From the NCBI GenBank assembly GCA_010093995.1, contig ML992510.1, positions 199,504 to 263,503 on the forward strand: a DNA stretch of 64,000 nucleotides. Reading direction: 5' to 3'. Position numbers and translations under genes: made by a program. Origin of the DNA: Elsinoe ampelina (lineage: Eukaryota). Below the pieces are notes generated by a model. That model ran no database searches, was not told the DNA's origin, and saw nothing but the letters and a program-made list of their open reading frames with translations. Below are positions 35,616 through 46,799 of the stretch, in pieces; positions within the stretch are counted from its first letter, which is position 1, and each line of letters opens with the position of its first letter.

Positions 35616-36411
35616 CTACTTGTCCTTACTATCCTCCTTGTCTACCTCTATACTAAGATTCTCCTCTATAAGTACTATAGGGGCTATAAGCTACCTACTA
35701 GCTATAATATAGTTAATTTCGGTAGTAGAACTACTAGAGTTATATACTATCTAAACCTATTAGCCGTGTTTATAACGTATAAGGAGTATAGTCTAACTTA
35801 CCTCCTTACTAATAGTAATTAAGCTATAAAGGCTACGCCTAATCTTCTATAGCTCCTTAACCTTCTCGCGCTCGAGTGTAACACTACTAAGTAAGCCGCC
35901 TATAAGCCCTATATAAGAAGTTAAGACCTTACCGATAACCTTATTCTTGTTAGTGTAGTATACCTTAAGTATAGTCTTAAACTTCTTAACCTTAGGGACG
36001 TTCTTATAGGCTATAGTATATATATACTTCTTAGCTGTAGTAATACTAGCCTAGTCGAGGGCCTTAAGCTTAGTAACTGTGTTAAAAGCGTTAATATATA
36101 CATTATATAGGATAGATAGAAGCGGCTCGTATATATACTTACTATAGGCGTAGTGTTTATACTTATAATAGAAGAAGATACTAAAGTTGCCTCTAGTATA
36201 GATATAACCTACTACGAATTAGTTATGTCCCTTATAAGAGCTCTATTAGCTTACCCTTAGTAACGCTATTAGCGCACCTAGTATAGGTATTAGCCTTCTC
36301 TTTAGGAAGTAAAGGGGTTATAGAGTCGGCGCTAGCGGCAATAGCTCTCTAGGCGCTAGCTAACCTTACGCTATAAGTGTTAGCTATAAGAGAGCTAGAG
36401 TTAGATAATAT
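35616..36411 (-). pseudogene. RIP relic of a spliced antisense gene within the gypsy element; Zn2Cys6-like N-terminus
   Basis: ~230 codons with only five internal stops, all TAG. Two introns: 36209-36254 (GTAAGC..CTAAT..TAG) and 35757-35801 (GTAAGT..GCTAATAG). Tyr/Cys spacing x2-x9-x12-x2-x6. Confidence 0.6.
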
Positions 36412-36825
36412 AATAGTTATAGGTAGTATACTTATATAGTAAAAAGTTAATAAAATATAAATGTGTTTTAGGTAGAAAAGAAGAATATAAGGGGAAATAA
36501 CAAGATTATATAGACTAACCTCTAGTACACTATATCTTTGTTATAGCTACTAGTATAAGGCACACGTCTCCTATAATACTACTAGGAATTCTAAGAAAAG
36601 TAATATTGTTACTACTAATTAGCTTTAGTACTATAGCGACTAGATAAACGCCCCTATAGGAACTAGATCCCCGGGACTACTACTACTAGACATTATATAA
36701 GACATATATAAGGCCTTTATAAAAATGCCTTAACTACCTTATATCTATATTACCTCCGAATAACACTATATATTATATAGTTCTAGTTAAGAGCTAAGAA
36801 TAGCTCTCCTAGAGAAGAAGGCAAT

Positions 36826-37012
36826 TATAAGAGCCTAGTATTAGGGCAGCACTTAGTAGCGGCTAGTCCTACTTACGTAACGTACCTACTTATCTTATAT
36901 AGCACTTACGCCTTAGACTTAATAGTAATTAGTTCTACTACTAACGAACTATTTAGTTAAATAGGCGTTCTCTATATTACGATATATGTAGCTTTAATAT
37001 AAGGCTTTAATA
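36826..37012 (+). repeat. Gypsy 3' LTR
   Basis: Direct repeat of 30323-30509, preceded by AGAGAAGAAGGC PPT-like tract. Confidence 0.92.
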
Positions 37013-37412
37013 ATATTATACTTGTTTCTTCTTATATATCTAAAAGAGTACTAAAAAGTTAATATTTACTACTTTTAGCCTCTAAGACTTAGAAAGCCCT
37101 TCTAGTTTAATAGTCTTCTAGGGATTAATAAGGTTCTATATCTTAGTATTTAATACTCTTATCTTAATAATATATAGCTAGCTAGCCTATTTAGCTAATG
37201 TAGTAAGAATAATAGGTGTTCTAGCTATTAAGGTATTAGTATCTATAGTTATTTATTTCTTTATTAACACCTAAATCCTATAGTTATATAAGGTAGTTCT
37301 TAACAGATTCTAATACTTAAAAAGTAAGATAGTAGAGAATTAACTAATAAATAGAGTAGGAAAGTAACTAAGTAATATACTTATATAGGGGTAGTTATAC
37401 TAGGCTTATAAC

Positions 37413-37672
37413 TATTAACTTATATAGGGGAGGAAAAAGGATTAATTACTACCTAAACTACTAAAATAAGGTAAATTATAACTATATAAATACTTAACCT
37501 AGTATACTAAAAGATAGCTAAATTAAAAGAACTCCTTAATAGCAATAGATTAAAACAATAACTATCTAATTTAATTATAAATTAGTAGAGTAGTAGATAA
37601 GTGTTTAGTTCCACCAGGGGATGAACTGAATCAGGGTCCTTCTTGGCGCTCCAGCTTATACCTCGGTTGACA
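37413..37672. repeat. Copia right LTR (260 bp)
   Basis: Matches the left LTR, ends GTTGACA and is followed by TSD ACTTT. Confidence 0.9.
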
Positions 37673-38104
37673 ACTTTAGGCAATGCCCACCGATCTCAGC
37701 TATGTGCCAAGCCGCTCTGGCTTGCAGCTGCTCTGCGCCTCCCCATGCCCGGTGTACACCTCAGGTCACCGTCTTGGCTTTGCATGCGGTGCAGGATAGC
37801 AGAACTCACACGCCGACCGTCACGTAAACCCTGTGCGATGACGCTTGATTCGTGCTACAGATTGACGTGTCTTCGATGCGACCTTGCAAATCTCTCAGGA
37901 GCCTGCATAGAAGCGCTCGAAGCGCTCGACAGATAGCTCCCTGCCATGGTGCTTCTCATGCCAATATCAATAATGCTAAGCTCTCACGAAGTGCCTGGCA
38001 ACGAATCGATGTGCAGATGCTACATTCCATTTCATGGTGGCACACTCGCTGTCGGTTACCTACATTCTTGTGCGTCGGCAGTTTACGTAAGCAGTTTCGG
38101 CCCG

Positions 38105-38312
38105 TGTGGGGCTCGGTCGCAGCTACAGTGCCAAGATTCACTTCATCCCAAGGGTGAACTAAGCACTTATCTACCACTCTACTAATTATAATTGAATTAG
38201 ATAGTTATAATCTTAATCTATTACTATTAAAAGCTAAAAGTACTAAAGAGTTAATTAACTAAAGAATATAAGATTCTTTAGTACTACTAAAGATATAAAG
38301 ATTATACTTACA
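38105..38312 (+). repeat. Diverged LTR related to the copia LTR, opposite orientation, followed by further RIP-like DNA to ~38540
   Basis: 38142-38232 is the reverse complement of the LTR core (TAATAGyAATAGATTAAGA..TAGATAAGTGyTTAGTTC..GGGATGAA). TG..CA ends are tentative and no TSD was found. Confidence 0.65.
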
Positions 38313-39032
38313 ATTTAATGTTGTATATTGACTAAGGCTATAGAGGGTAGTAACTTATTAATTAGTAAAGAGGCTACTAGTAGAGATAATAAGCTTAACT
38401 ACGTAGTACTATTAAGCTAGTATAGTTACTTAAAACTCTAACACCTTAAGAAGGACAATATTTACAAATTGTAGCAATTTTTACAGCTTTAATAAGCAGA
38501 ATTAGTAAGTTATTCGAGAAGTCTTTTTTACTATAAGAATTGCCAACAGAACGCGACGTCGCGGAGGTATAAAGCCGAGCCTAAAAAACGCTGTATCGAA
38601 ATTTAGGGTTGTCCTTGTGTAACACCTCACATGCTAACCTCGCCTTCTCGCGCGACCTCCACAGATCGGGACACATTGTGAAGAATCCAGTACATTCAAT
38701 CAGTATGTACCGTGTCTCCGATACAGTTGTTTCACGTTGTTCGCAATGACAAAATTCATCTCGAATGTTTCTATTTCCATCCCAACCCCGAACTAGGGCT
38801 TTGCCCTCCACGCTTTCTACATAGCACATTCCATCTTTCCCATGGATACAGTTAATTTGTTTAATGACGTTGAAGGAGTAGGTCAAGTCAAAAAGATGAG
38901 CTTCTACAATGAATCACTGTCTATCCTCAATCGAAAAAGCAAGTAAATTAAACCCCAACTCCCCCTCCCTTACAGCCACCCCATCCCATTCACCATCCAC
39001 ACCCACCCCACCCCTTACCAATCTCAATCACC

Positions 39033-39494
39033 ATGAAGTCCACAACCCTCCTCACCCTCCTCCTCAGCCCCCTCCTCGCCCTCGCCCGCGACCCCCCCAC
39101 CTGCCCCGCCGACGCCCGCTCCGTCCGCCACGCCTTCGTCCCCGGGGAAGACATCAGGCTCTTCGACGAAGGCTTACCCGCAGGCCACGACCAGGCCGTC
39201 GTGGAGATCGCCATGATGACGCGCCACCAATCCGGCTTGCCCGAGGAGCAGTACATCCACGTGTACAACAGGATGCCGGACCCGGTGACGGTCGAGGTCT
39301 ATGTCCCTGCCCGGCGGCGAGGGTCGACCAACCAGAACATCGGGTTTTTCGATGTGCCGCCGCCGCCGACGCCGGTGCCGGGTCGGATGACGCCCACCGG
39401 GGGGAGGAGGGATTGGTTCTTTCCCATAAGGGTGGCGGTGGGGACGGTGTTGTTGTATAATGTTAGGGTGAATCATCAGCAACATTGTGGGTAG
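39033..39494 (+). CDS. Small secreted protein, effector candidate (153 aa)
   Basis: CACCATG start, signal peptide MKSTTLLTLLLSPLLALA, two Cys (near the N- and C-termini), no recognisable domain. Confidence 0.75.
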   Translation: MKSTTLLTLLLSPLLALARDPPTCPADARSVRHAFVPGEDIRLFDEGLPAGHDQAVVEIAMMTRHQSGLPEEQYIHVYNRMPDPVTVEVYVPARRRGSTNQNIGFFDVPPPPTPVPGRMTPTGGRRDWFFPIRVAVGTVLLYNVRVNHQQHCG

Positions 39495-39714
39495 GATCGA
39501 GGATGGATGGGAGAGACGAGGGAATGCTGAGGGGTGGCGCGGTGTTGGGGTGTCGGTACTGGTCACTTGAGTCTGCTTGCTGCTGGTATTGGTCGATTTG
39601 ACTTGAATGATACATTACACTTTACTGATACTCTTTGTCTCTCATGAAGCGTTTCTTCATCTGTCGTGATATCCATCACCTACCCCATCCCTTCAAATCT
39701 AGTCGAGCCTTCTC

Positions 39715-41949
39715 TTACGGCGTCAATATCCCCGCGGCAACCTCTATCGCCCTCGCCGTCTTCCCCACCCACTCCTGCGCCATCGTCGCATTCTTATAAA
39801 ACGTCACCGCCTCGGTGACACCCCCGTACGTCACGGGCGCATAGCCTGTATCCAACCCCGGCGCGAAAACAACATGCTTGTAGAACTCCCTCGTCGGCAA
39901 ACCACCCTGGCTCACAAACCCACGGGAGAAATCCCTCAACTTCCCATTGATCACATCCACCAGTCTCGGCTCGGGATTACTGGCGATCAACTCCGTCATT
40001 GCATCAGCCGACGCATTGAATGTCTGAATCGCCTCCCTCAGCGGCGTCAGGTCGACAGAGGAGTAATTGCTCCCGCCCGTAGCCAATGTCCTCTCGAGCG
40101 CAGCGTAGTACGTCGTCATTTCCACGCCGTAGTTCTGCACGTTGAACGGGATGATCTCGCGCGTGGACAACTCGTAGGCCAGCAGAGTCAAGTACCGACA
40201 CATCACCTTGTGGGTGTTGAAGCCCACGTCGCCGAAGGTGGACATCCAGTGGTACGAGTCGTAATTGGAGTGGTAGGGGTAGATGGCGTCAGTGGGGCCT
40301 GCGCCAGCGCCCATGTCGATTGAGGAAATGCCGTTGTGCACGAAAGCGGTGTAGTCGCTGCCGGAGCCGAGGACGCCGACGTCGCCGCCGAGACCTTGCC
40401 AGACGTCGTAGAGGGTGAGGTTGTTGAGGCCGCGGTAGTTGTCGTAGACGACCTTTTTCATCGTGTTGATGGCGATCTCGTGGAGTTCCGGCGTGGCGGA
40501 GATGTCCGGATTGGGGCCGGAGGCGCCGACGTCGATGTTGAGGTAGGACACTGCGGCTTCGGTCAGCCAGGGGATGTATTCTTCGACGAATTCGGTGGAG
40601 CCGAGGAGGCCATATTCTTCGGCGTCCCAGGAGGCGAGGACGATGGTGCGGCGGGGGCGCCAGCCGGTGGCGAGGAGACGGCCGAATGCTTTGGAGAGCT
40701 CGACCATGATGGCGGAGCCCGAGTTGGGGTCGGCTGCACCGCCAACGATCCATGCATCTCTGTGGTTGCCAATGACGATGACTTCGTCTTGCGAGGTGCC
40801 GTTGATGATACCAATGGTGTCCCAGATTGTGGTAGTGTTCTCTTGCATCTCGTTTGACAGGCTGAGAGTCACACCTGGCGCTGGGCCAGTAGAGTAGGTC
40901 GCATTGAATGCACCTACCCAGTTGGTCCGGTTGACCTCACGGCCCGAAACGCCATAGCCGTCCAAGGCTTGGACGAGGGGTTGGGCTTGACCCCAAGAGA
41001 CGGGAAGTGAGGGGATGCCAGGGGTGACGACTTTCTTGTCGGCACGCGGGCTGTCTGGCTTGGAAGGGTATCCAGGGGTGGTCGGATCACCAGGGTAGGT
41101 CGAAAGAAACTGAACAGACCCACGCTGGACTGTGCTGGGATTTCTGGCCTTGCCATTTGGATATGCTTGTTCGCCCTTTGCCTCGGTGACATTGCCATCA
41201 TCGCCAGTATCAGTAAAAATGACGGCGCCGATCATGCCGTAAGCCTGAGCATTCTTGACCTTGAGACCACGGAAGGGTCCGCCGTATCTGGCAAGGGCAA
41301 TTTTGCCTTTGAGCTCGACGCCAAGTGCGACCAGACGCTGGAAATCGACGACCTGCCCACGACCTACATAGACGTACTCGGCTTCGGCTTTACCTGTGAA
41401 GCTGTAACCGTGGAAAGACGGCAGACGATTGGGGTACGAGCTGGTCTCGTCCTCGGCTAGGACGTCTTCGATCAAGTTGACTTCGCGGGAACCATTGGGA
41501 GAGTTCCAAGTGAGCGACTGGGCGACAGGGAAGTTGAGGAAGGTGTCTGTGGTTATTAGCCCCGTGTGCCTGCAGATCGAACGCACTACTCACAGTATTC
41601 CACAAGTCTGCTGTCGAATCCATTTTCAGCCCAACGATCAGCTGTCCATTGTGCCATAGTCTTGTTCTCGCCTGCCAAGTGCCTGCCATGGGTATAGTAG
41701 TAGGACCTGTCAGCGGTGTCAGAATAATGTCAACGTCTACCCCTTGTGGACCTACCATTCGTCGATTGTGGCATTATCGATGGAGCTGATCAGGATGGAC
41801 TCGTCTGCAGTCAAAGTCGGAGGAAAGACGGTCTGCTGCCGCTTCGCGAGCATGCGGTGAAGATGAAACTCATGCTTGTGCTGAATTTCACAGGCCTGCA
41901 CCCCCAGAACAGCAGTCAAAGCTGCCAGACAGCTCACGTAGGACCTCAT
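39715..41949 (-). CDS. Secreted glutamate carboxypeptidase II-like peptidase (M28B; PA and TfR-dimer domains)
   Basis: Exons 41949-41756, 41706-41594, 41546-39715. Signal peptide, GNHRDAW, GAADPNSG, SWDAEEYGLLGSTE, YLNID, GSGSDY, YHSNYDS. Confidence 0.93.
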
Positions 41950-43510
41950 GATGGTGAGAAACTGGAAAAGACCTACCAAAATTTACCAACCTGGAGCCTG
42001 AAGCTCTCTTGTATACCGACAAAGTTTCCGCAGCGGAGAGCTTCTGACGTATGTGGGTATATGCATGGTGTCTTTTCATGGACCATTGAAGATCATTCAT
42101 GCAGGAAGCATCAACGACCTTCCATGTACGGTTATGCCAAGCTCTTTCTTACTCGTTCTTAATCCTGCCCTGAGATAGCCGGGTGGTGAGATATGACGAG
42201 TGGTGGGCGGAAGGCAGCGGAGAGCTTGTCAAGGTTCAAGGCGGGGCAAGGCGCCGATCGCGATGCTTCGGCGCAAGAGACAGGCCTTGGACATGAGGGG
42301 TCGCCGACCGCTCGCGTGGTTGGAAGACGGTCAGATAGCGCCATGAGAAATGGCAGCCTTGATAGATGGTCCTTTGGTGCGGTTGTGTTGTTCCTGCATG
42401 CGGCTGCAAAATTGTCGAAATCGGATTACTTCGTGGCTTGTCGTCATCAGAATCGAGGAATGCTGCCACCAGTGCGCAGTAATTGATCTTCCTGACCGTG
42501 TCTCGAAGCTATCGCATGTCTACTTCCTTCGTGACACCTAGCAGTCGCGACGGTGCGTCGAGCTGTATCGCCGGGTGCGAGACAAACGACATGAAGGATC
42601 GCCCACTTCTCTACGCGCCATTGTTCTCAAGGCGTCGCCCACACCGCGTCCTGGATCCTCTCAGCAGAGGATACAAAGACGATGCATTTGAGGTTGAAAT
42701 GAAGCAAATGACAAGAGGTGAGGTTAAATGAAGCATGGCCAAGCTAGACAAGATCTGAAACGGTGTCTACCTACCCGAATGTCCATCGTCTTTCGACCAG
42801 GTCACGTGCGGCCTCAGCTGCAGCCAATAGCCCTTTATACTCGTATCCGAGTCGTATCCGAGAGACGAACATGTGCGTTACGCCATTCTGAACAGTTCGA
42901 GCATGTGTCGGATCCAAAGTGGTCGCCACGTGACCTGCTTGCAAGCTCCTTGACTAAGTTAATCTTCTGCGGTGTCTCGCACCATCTCGTCAACAAATCT
43001 CGGCTCCAAGCTCTTGTTTGCAGACGAATATGTGGAGGGAGCATTGGCACAGTGTGGAGGAAGGCGGCTCCCGCATGTTCTGGACGTCACCCCGCAAAGC
43101 GTTGTCCATGGTTCAATTTTTTCAACTGCCACTTCATACAAGAGATCACCCGCCATTGGAGTCTCTGTTAAGACTAAGCCTCTTCTGTCCAGTGGCAATG
43201 TCCTCGCCCACAATCTGGCGGTACATCATTACACCGAGCGTGTGGCCAGATTCCATACCATGGCTACCGGCGAAGCAGTCTCTGCCATTGGCATTGACCA
43301 CACTGTTGAATCGTCCGTTGCCAGTAATTACCCACTCCCTACAGATCTGGAGAACCTGGGGTCGCCATGTGGGCTAGTGTCAACCGCTCCGATCTCGCGG
43401 GACATGATCCCATGGGGAAGAAAGGATAAGTAGTTCTGTACCTCTTCGCGTTTCATATCTTGTCACTACACCACCACACAGCCTCATCTTCTACTCCAAA
43501 GACTGCCACC

Positions 43511-44719
43511 ATGCGTGTCCTCGACTTTACTTCCCTTCTCCTCCCGCTCTCCCTCCTCTCCCCCACCGCCGCCGCTCCCTCGTCCGATTCCAAGCCTTCC
43601 ACCAAGTATGTCAACTGGCGCAAGGCTTCCTTCACAGGTGTCAACCTCGGGGGCTGGTTCGTCCAAGAAAAATTCATCGACACGACCTTCTGGAACGCCA
43701 GTTTTGGCAGCGCTCCTGACGAATGGACTGGGTGCAAGAATCTGGGTGCCCAATGTGGCCCCGTCCTCGAGAAGCGCTACTCCACCTTCATCACCAAAGA
43801 CACCATCGACACCCTCGGGTCCTCGGGCGTGACCATCCTCCGCATCCCCACCACCTACGCCGCCTGGATCTCCGTCCCTGGCTCCCAACTCTACCACGGA
43901 AACCAACTCAAATACCTCCGCACCATCACCAACTACGCCATCAACAAATACAACATGCACATCATCCTCGACCTCCACTCGCTCCCCGGCGGCACCAACG
44001 GCCTCGAAATCGGCGAACGCTTCGGCGGCTACGACTGGTTCAACTCCAGCTCCAACCTCAACTACTCCCTCTCCACCGTCTCGGCCGTGCTCAACTTCAT
44101 CACAACAAGCAAATACCCCTCCCACTTCACCCTCGAACCCATCAACGAACCCTCGGACAACCGCGACCTCTCCAACTTCGGCACCCCCAACGCCCTCCTC
44201 CCCGCCGGCACCGAATGGGTACTGAACTACTACCGCTCCGTCCTCGCCCTGGCCAAAAAAGCCGACAAGCGCATCCCCGTCATGCTCTACGACACGTTCA
44301 AGTCCCCCGAGTTCTGGTCGCAGTACTTCGACCCGGCCAAGGACAACGTCGTCTTCGACACGCACAACTACTGGTTCCCCGCCGCGCGCGGCGCCAATTC
44401 GCGGAACGTGACGGCCCTCATCTGTCAGGACGCCCAGAAGCCCAGGGCGAGCAAGTTCCCCGTGTTTGTGGGCGAGTGGAGCCTGGAGGTGGCGTTTAAT
44501 AACACGTTGAAGCTCAGGGAGAGGAATCTCAAGACGGCCGTCAAGGCTTGGACGCAGTATGGGGCTGGGTCGGCGTTTTGGACCGCAAAGGTCACGAGTG
44601 ATGATCTTTTGGTGCCCGGCGAGGGGAGTAAGACGGATTATTGGAGTTGGGTCGAGTTTGTGAGGTTGGGCTTCTTCAAGGAGGGGAGGAAGGTGAAGGC
44701 GTTGACTTGTGGGTCGTAG
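43511..44719 (+). CDS. Secreted GH5 beta-glucanase (exo-1,3/endo-1,6 type)
   Basis: Signal peptide, GVNLGGWFVQE, LRIP, DLHSLPGG, INEP (acid/base), DTHNY, VGEWS (nucleophile). Intronless. Confidence 0.93.
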   Translation: MRVLDFTSLLLPLSLLSPTAAAPSSDSKPSTKYVNWRKASFTGVNLGGWFVQEKFIDTTFWNASFGSAPDEWTGCKNLGAQCGPVLEKRYSTFITKDTIDTLGSSGVTILRIPTTYAAWISVPGSQLYHGNQLKYLRTITNYAINKYNMHIILDLHSLPGGTNGLEIGERFGGYDWFNSSSNLNYSLSTVSAVLNFITTSKYPSHFTLEPINEPSDNRDLSNFGTPNALLPAGTEWVLNYYRSVLALAKKADKRIPVMLYDTFKSPEFWSQYFDPAKDNVVFDTHNYWFPAARGANSRNVTALICQDAQKPRASKFPVFVGEWSLEVAFNNTLKLRERNLKTAVKAWTQYGAGSAFWTAKVTSDDLLVPGEGSKTDYWSWVEFVRLGFFKEGRKVKALTCGS

Positions 44720-44736
44720 AAGGGATACGACTGGCG

Positions 44737-44750
44737 GAGAGAGAGAGAGA
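44737..44750. repeat. (GA)7 microsatellite
   Basis: Visible just after the GH5 stop codon. Confidence 0.8.
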
Positions 44751-44913
44751 GGGAAGATGAGGACCGGCAACGGGCACACAGTACAGATAGAATGGAAATG
44801 AAGATGATGTTTTTGCATACTGTCGTGGCTGCTGCTTGATGTGATGGACGCCGGTGCAATGCTGATACTCCAATGCCTACAACGCCTTCTCAACTCCCGA
44901 GAGATGTACTGCT

Positions 44914-46586
44914 CTATTGAGATTGACCCTCCCCGTCGACACCCACGTCGCCACTCTTTACCAGTCCCAGATTCGCCAGTAGGAACCCACGCTTAAAGTA
45001 CGTGTTTGGATGCAGAATTGTGTCGAGTTCACTCGCCGGCCAGAGACCTTGATCCTTGACCTTCTTGAGCTGGTCTTTGTTCTTGTATTCAAAGACTCGA
45101 TTGCAAGCAATGTGGTACCTTTGCTTGGTGACGTCTTCTCGTACGCCTTTGAGTGTGGCCGAGTCCGAGATACCTGTTGCGTTGAGAAGTGGAATTAGCT
45201 GATCAGGGGCGAATGTGCGGTAAGGACAGCCGTGGCTAGACGTATTAGCTCGAATCACCCATCACTAGGTGAGGACTAAGACTCACTGTTGACCTGTCCC
45301 AGGCAATGCCTCTGTGAGCAGCTTCTGGCAATTATACGGGCTGTACCCACGACCTCTCCGGTTGGCGTCACCTCCCACATCTCCATACGCGTGGCGGACA
45401 TTGTACTTGTACTCCTTGTTGAACTTTTCTGTGGCTTGTCAACACTGTACTCGCATGTAGACCTTCCATGAATATTACCATCAGTCATGAGCTTAAAGCT
45501 CTGCCTCCAAAATACAAGACACTCATTCATATCCATCCCCAACCCCTTCAAGAACAAAGTATACTGCAGCCTGCCATAATGCTTCAAGTGACTGCTCCTC
45601 CTCAACTCCCTGTGCAAGTTCTGCATACACAGCGGGAAGAACTTCGACAGCTCATCGATGCTCCTCGCCGTGATCGCCGTAGCATCTCCAATGCTACCTT
45701 CGCCTTCCGCGTACGCCGCGTCCGGTGCAGCAAAACTCTTGCTAAGATGCGTCAAGATGGGCGCCAACCTGTTGTCCTCGTCCAGTCTCGGCAAGGCCCT
45801 GCTCGCCAGCTCCAGACCCGCCTCCAGCCTCCTTCCAAACTCGGCCACAACCATTCCTAATTGCTCGCGGACATGCACGTACGCCATACCACCGCGTAGC
45901 AGGCACCGTCGCGACTCCACCAGCTCCGTCACCTGCTCAAAGGGCACTTTGAACCACGCTTGCTCCTCGTCTCTCCGCCAACCTGTCGCGTTTCGTAGAC
46001 TTTCGCCGAGCTCTTCCTTCTCCGCGTCGCTGACCACAGACCAGTCTAGTCCGAGAGACTCGATAAAGGCGCGTCGTTCTCTCGCGTCGTCTTGTTGAAG
46101 TCGGAGCTTGAAGAGTTGCGTCTCTAGTCGTGCGAATCGTTTGCGGAGATCCTCCGTTGCGGAGAAGGAGAGGCGGAGTGTCCAGTGGGAGTAGTGGTCG
46201 CGTTTTCGTTCGAGGTCGAGGGAAGAGGATCGAGAGGTGTTGCTGGAAAGAGGAAGATGCTTTGTGAGGATTGTGGACATGTAGGTCGAGGTTTCTTCGG
46301 GGGTTCGTGACCGGTACGAGCAGGACTCTAGCTCTGCGAGGACTGTTCAAGGTCAGTACCCATTCTGGACGATCCCTGCGCGTGAGATTGCACCTTTCAG
46401 CCTAGCGATCCCCCATTCCTCGAACTGCTCAATCGAAATATCGCCAGTCGGTGGTATGGCGTAGAAGTTCATGCGGGTGGTGTACTCCTGCTCCTTCCAT
46501 TGTGCCTTTGCGAATTGTCTCTTTTCGGGGTCAAGAACTGCTCGCCGCTTCGTGTCTATTCGCGTAATCGGTCGTGTGGCCAACAT
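44914..46586 (-). CDS. PRI2: DNA primase large subunit
   Basis: Three introns (46343-46393, 45429-45478, ~45236-45286). RDHYSHWTLRL, FPLCM, HLKHYGRLQYTLFLKG, HGCPYR, YHIAC and HPNTYF (4Fe-4S domain). Confidence 0.95.
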
Positions 46587-46799
46587 CTTGAATTCCGACT
46601 TCACAAGAAACTGTTTCGTGTATAATGTTAGAGCTGCTCGAGGTGAAGTGGTGGAGGGAGAAATGGCTTGCGGGGAGACGCGTTCCGCGACGCGCCTCGA
46701 AATGGATTACGCACGGGCACCCAGCATCGTTCGGTGCATAATTTGATGCTCAACTCATCACTCCATGTCCAACTATCTATGATTCGATAATGCGTCTCT

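Larger units (their letters stand above)
30323..37012 (+). mobile_element. RIP-inactivated Ty3/gypsy chromovirus nested in the copia element
   Basis: 187-bp LTRs 30323-30509 and 36826-37012, TSD ATATT on both sides, purine tract before the 3' LTR. Relics: CCHC knuckle (~31597), RT FVPKKDSSLRLYIDY*GLN (~32517), VYLNNILIYS (=YLDD, ~32843), integrase IDFITNL (~34330), chromodomain VEKIL..YLVK*KN*..NS*EP (~35225-35335). Confidence 0.93.
25632..37672 (-). mobile_element. RIP-inactivated Ty1/copia LTR retrotransposon (outer element)
   Basis: Direct-repeat LTRs bounded by TG..CA, TSD ACTTT at 25627-25631 and 37673-37677. Minus-strand RT relic KPISLI*VFTYK..GEVIKYKVRV (~27330-27410). PBS-like GTTATAAGCC next to the right LTR (37403-37412, minus). 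Interrupted by N gaps. Confidence 0.85.

Noticed and set aside
25632..38540. AT-rich block as a centromere, mitochondrial insert or foreign DNA
   Set aside because: Fully explained by RIP-mutated LTR elements (TpA excess, CpA/TpG loss, recognisable pol motifs).
41980..43440. ORFs of 60-150 aa between the M28 and GH5 genes
   Set aside because: No motifs or codon pattern; consistent with a divergent promoter region.
43484..44893. 469-aa minus-strand ORF, and similar long antisense/alternate-frame ORFs at 14637-15821, 54755-55618 and 60399-61886
   Set aside because: Shadows of real genes; the strong C/G third-position skew removes stop codons on the opposite strand.
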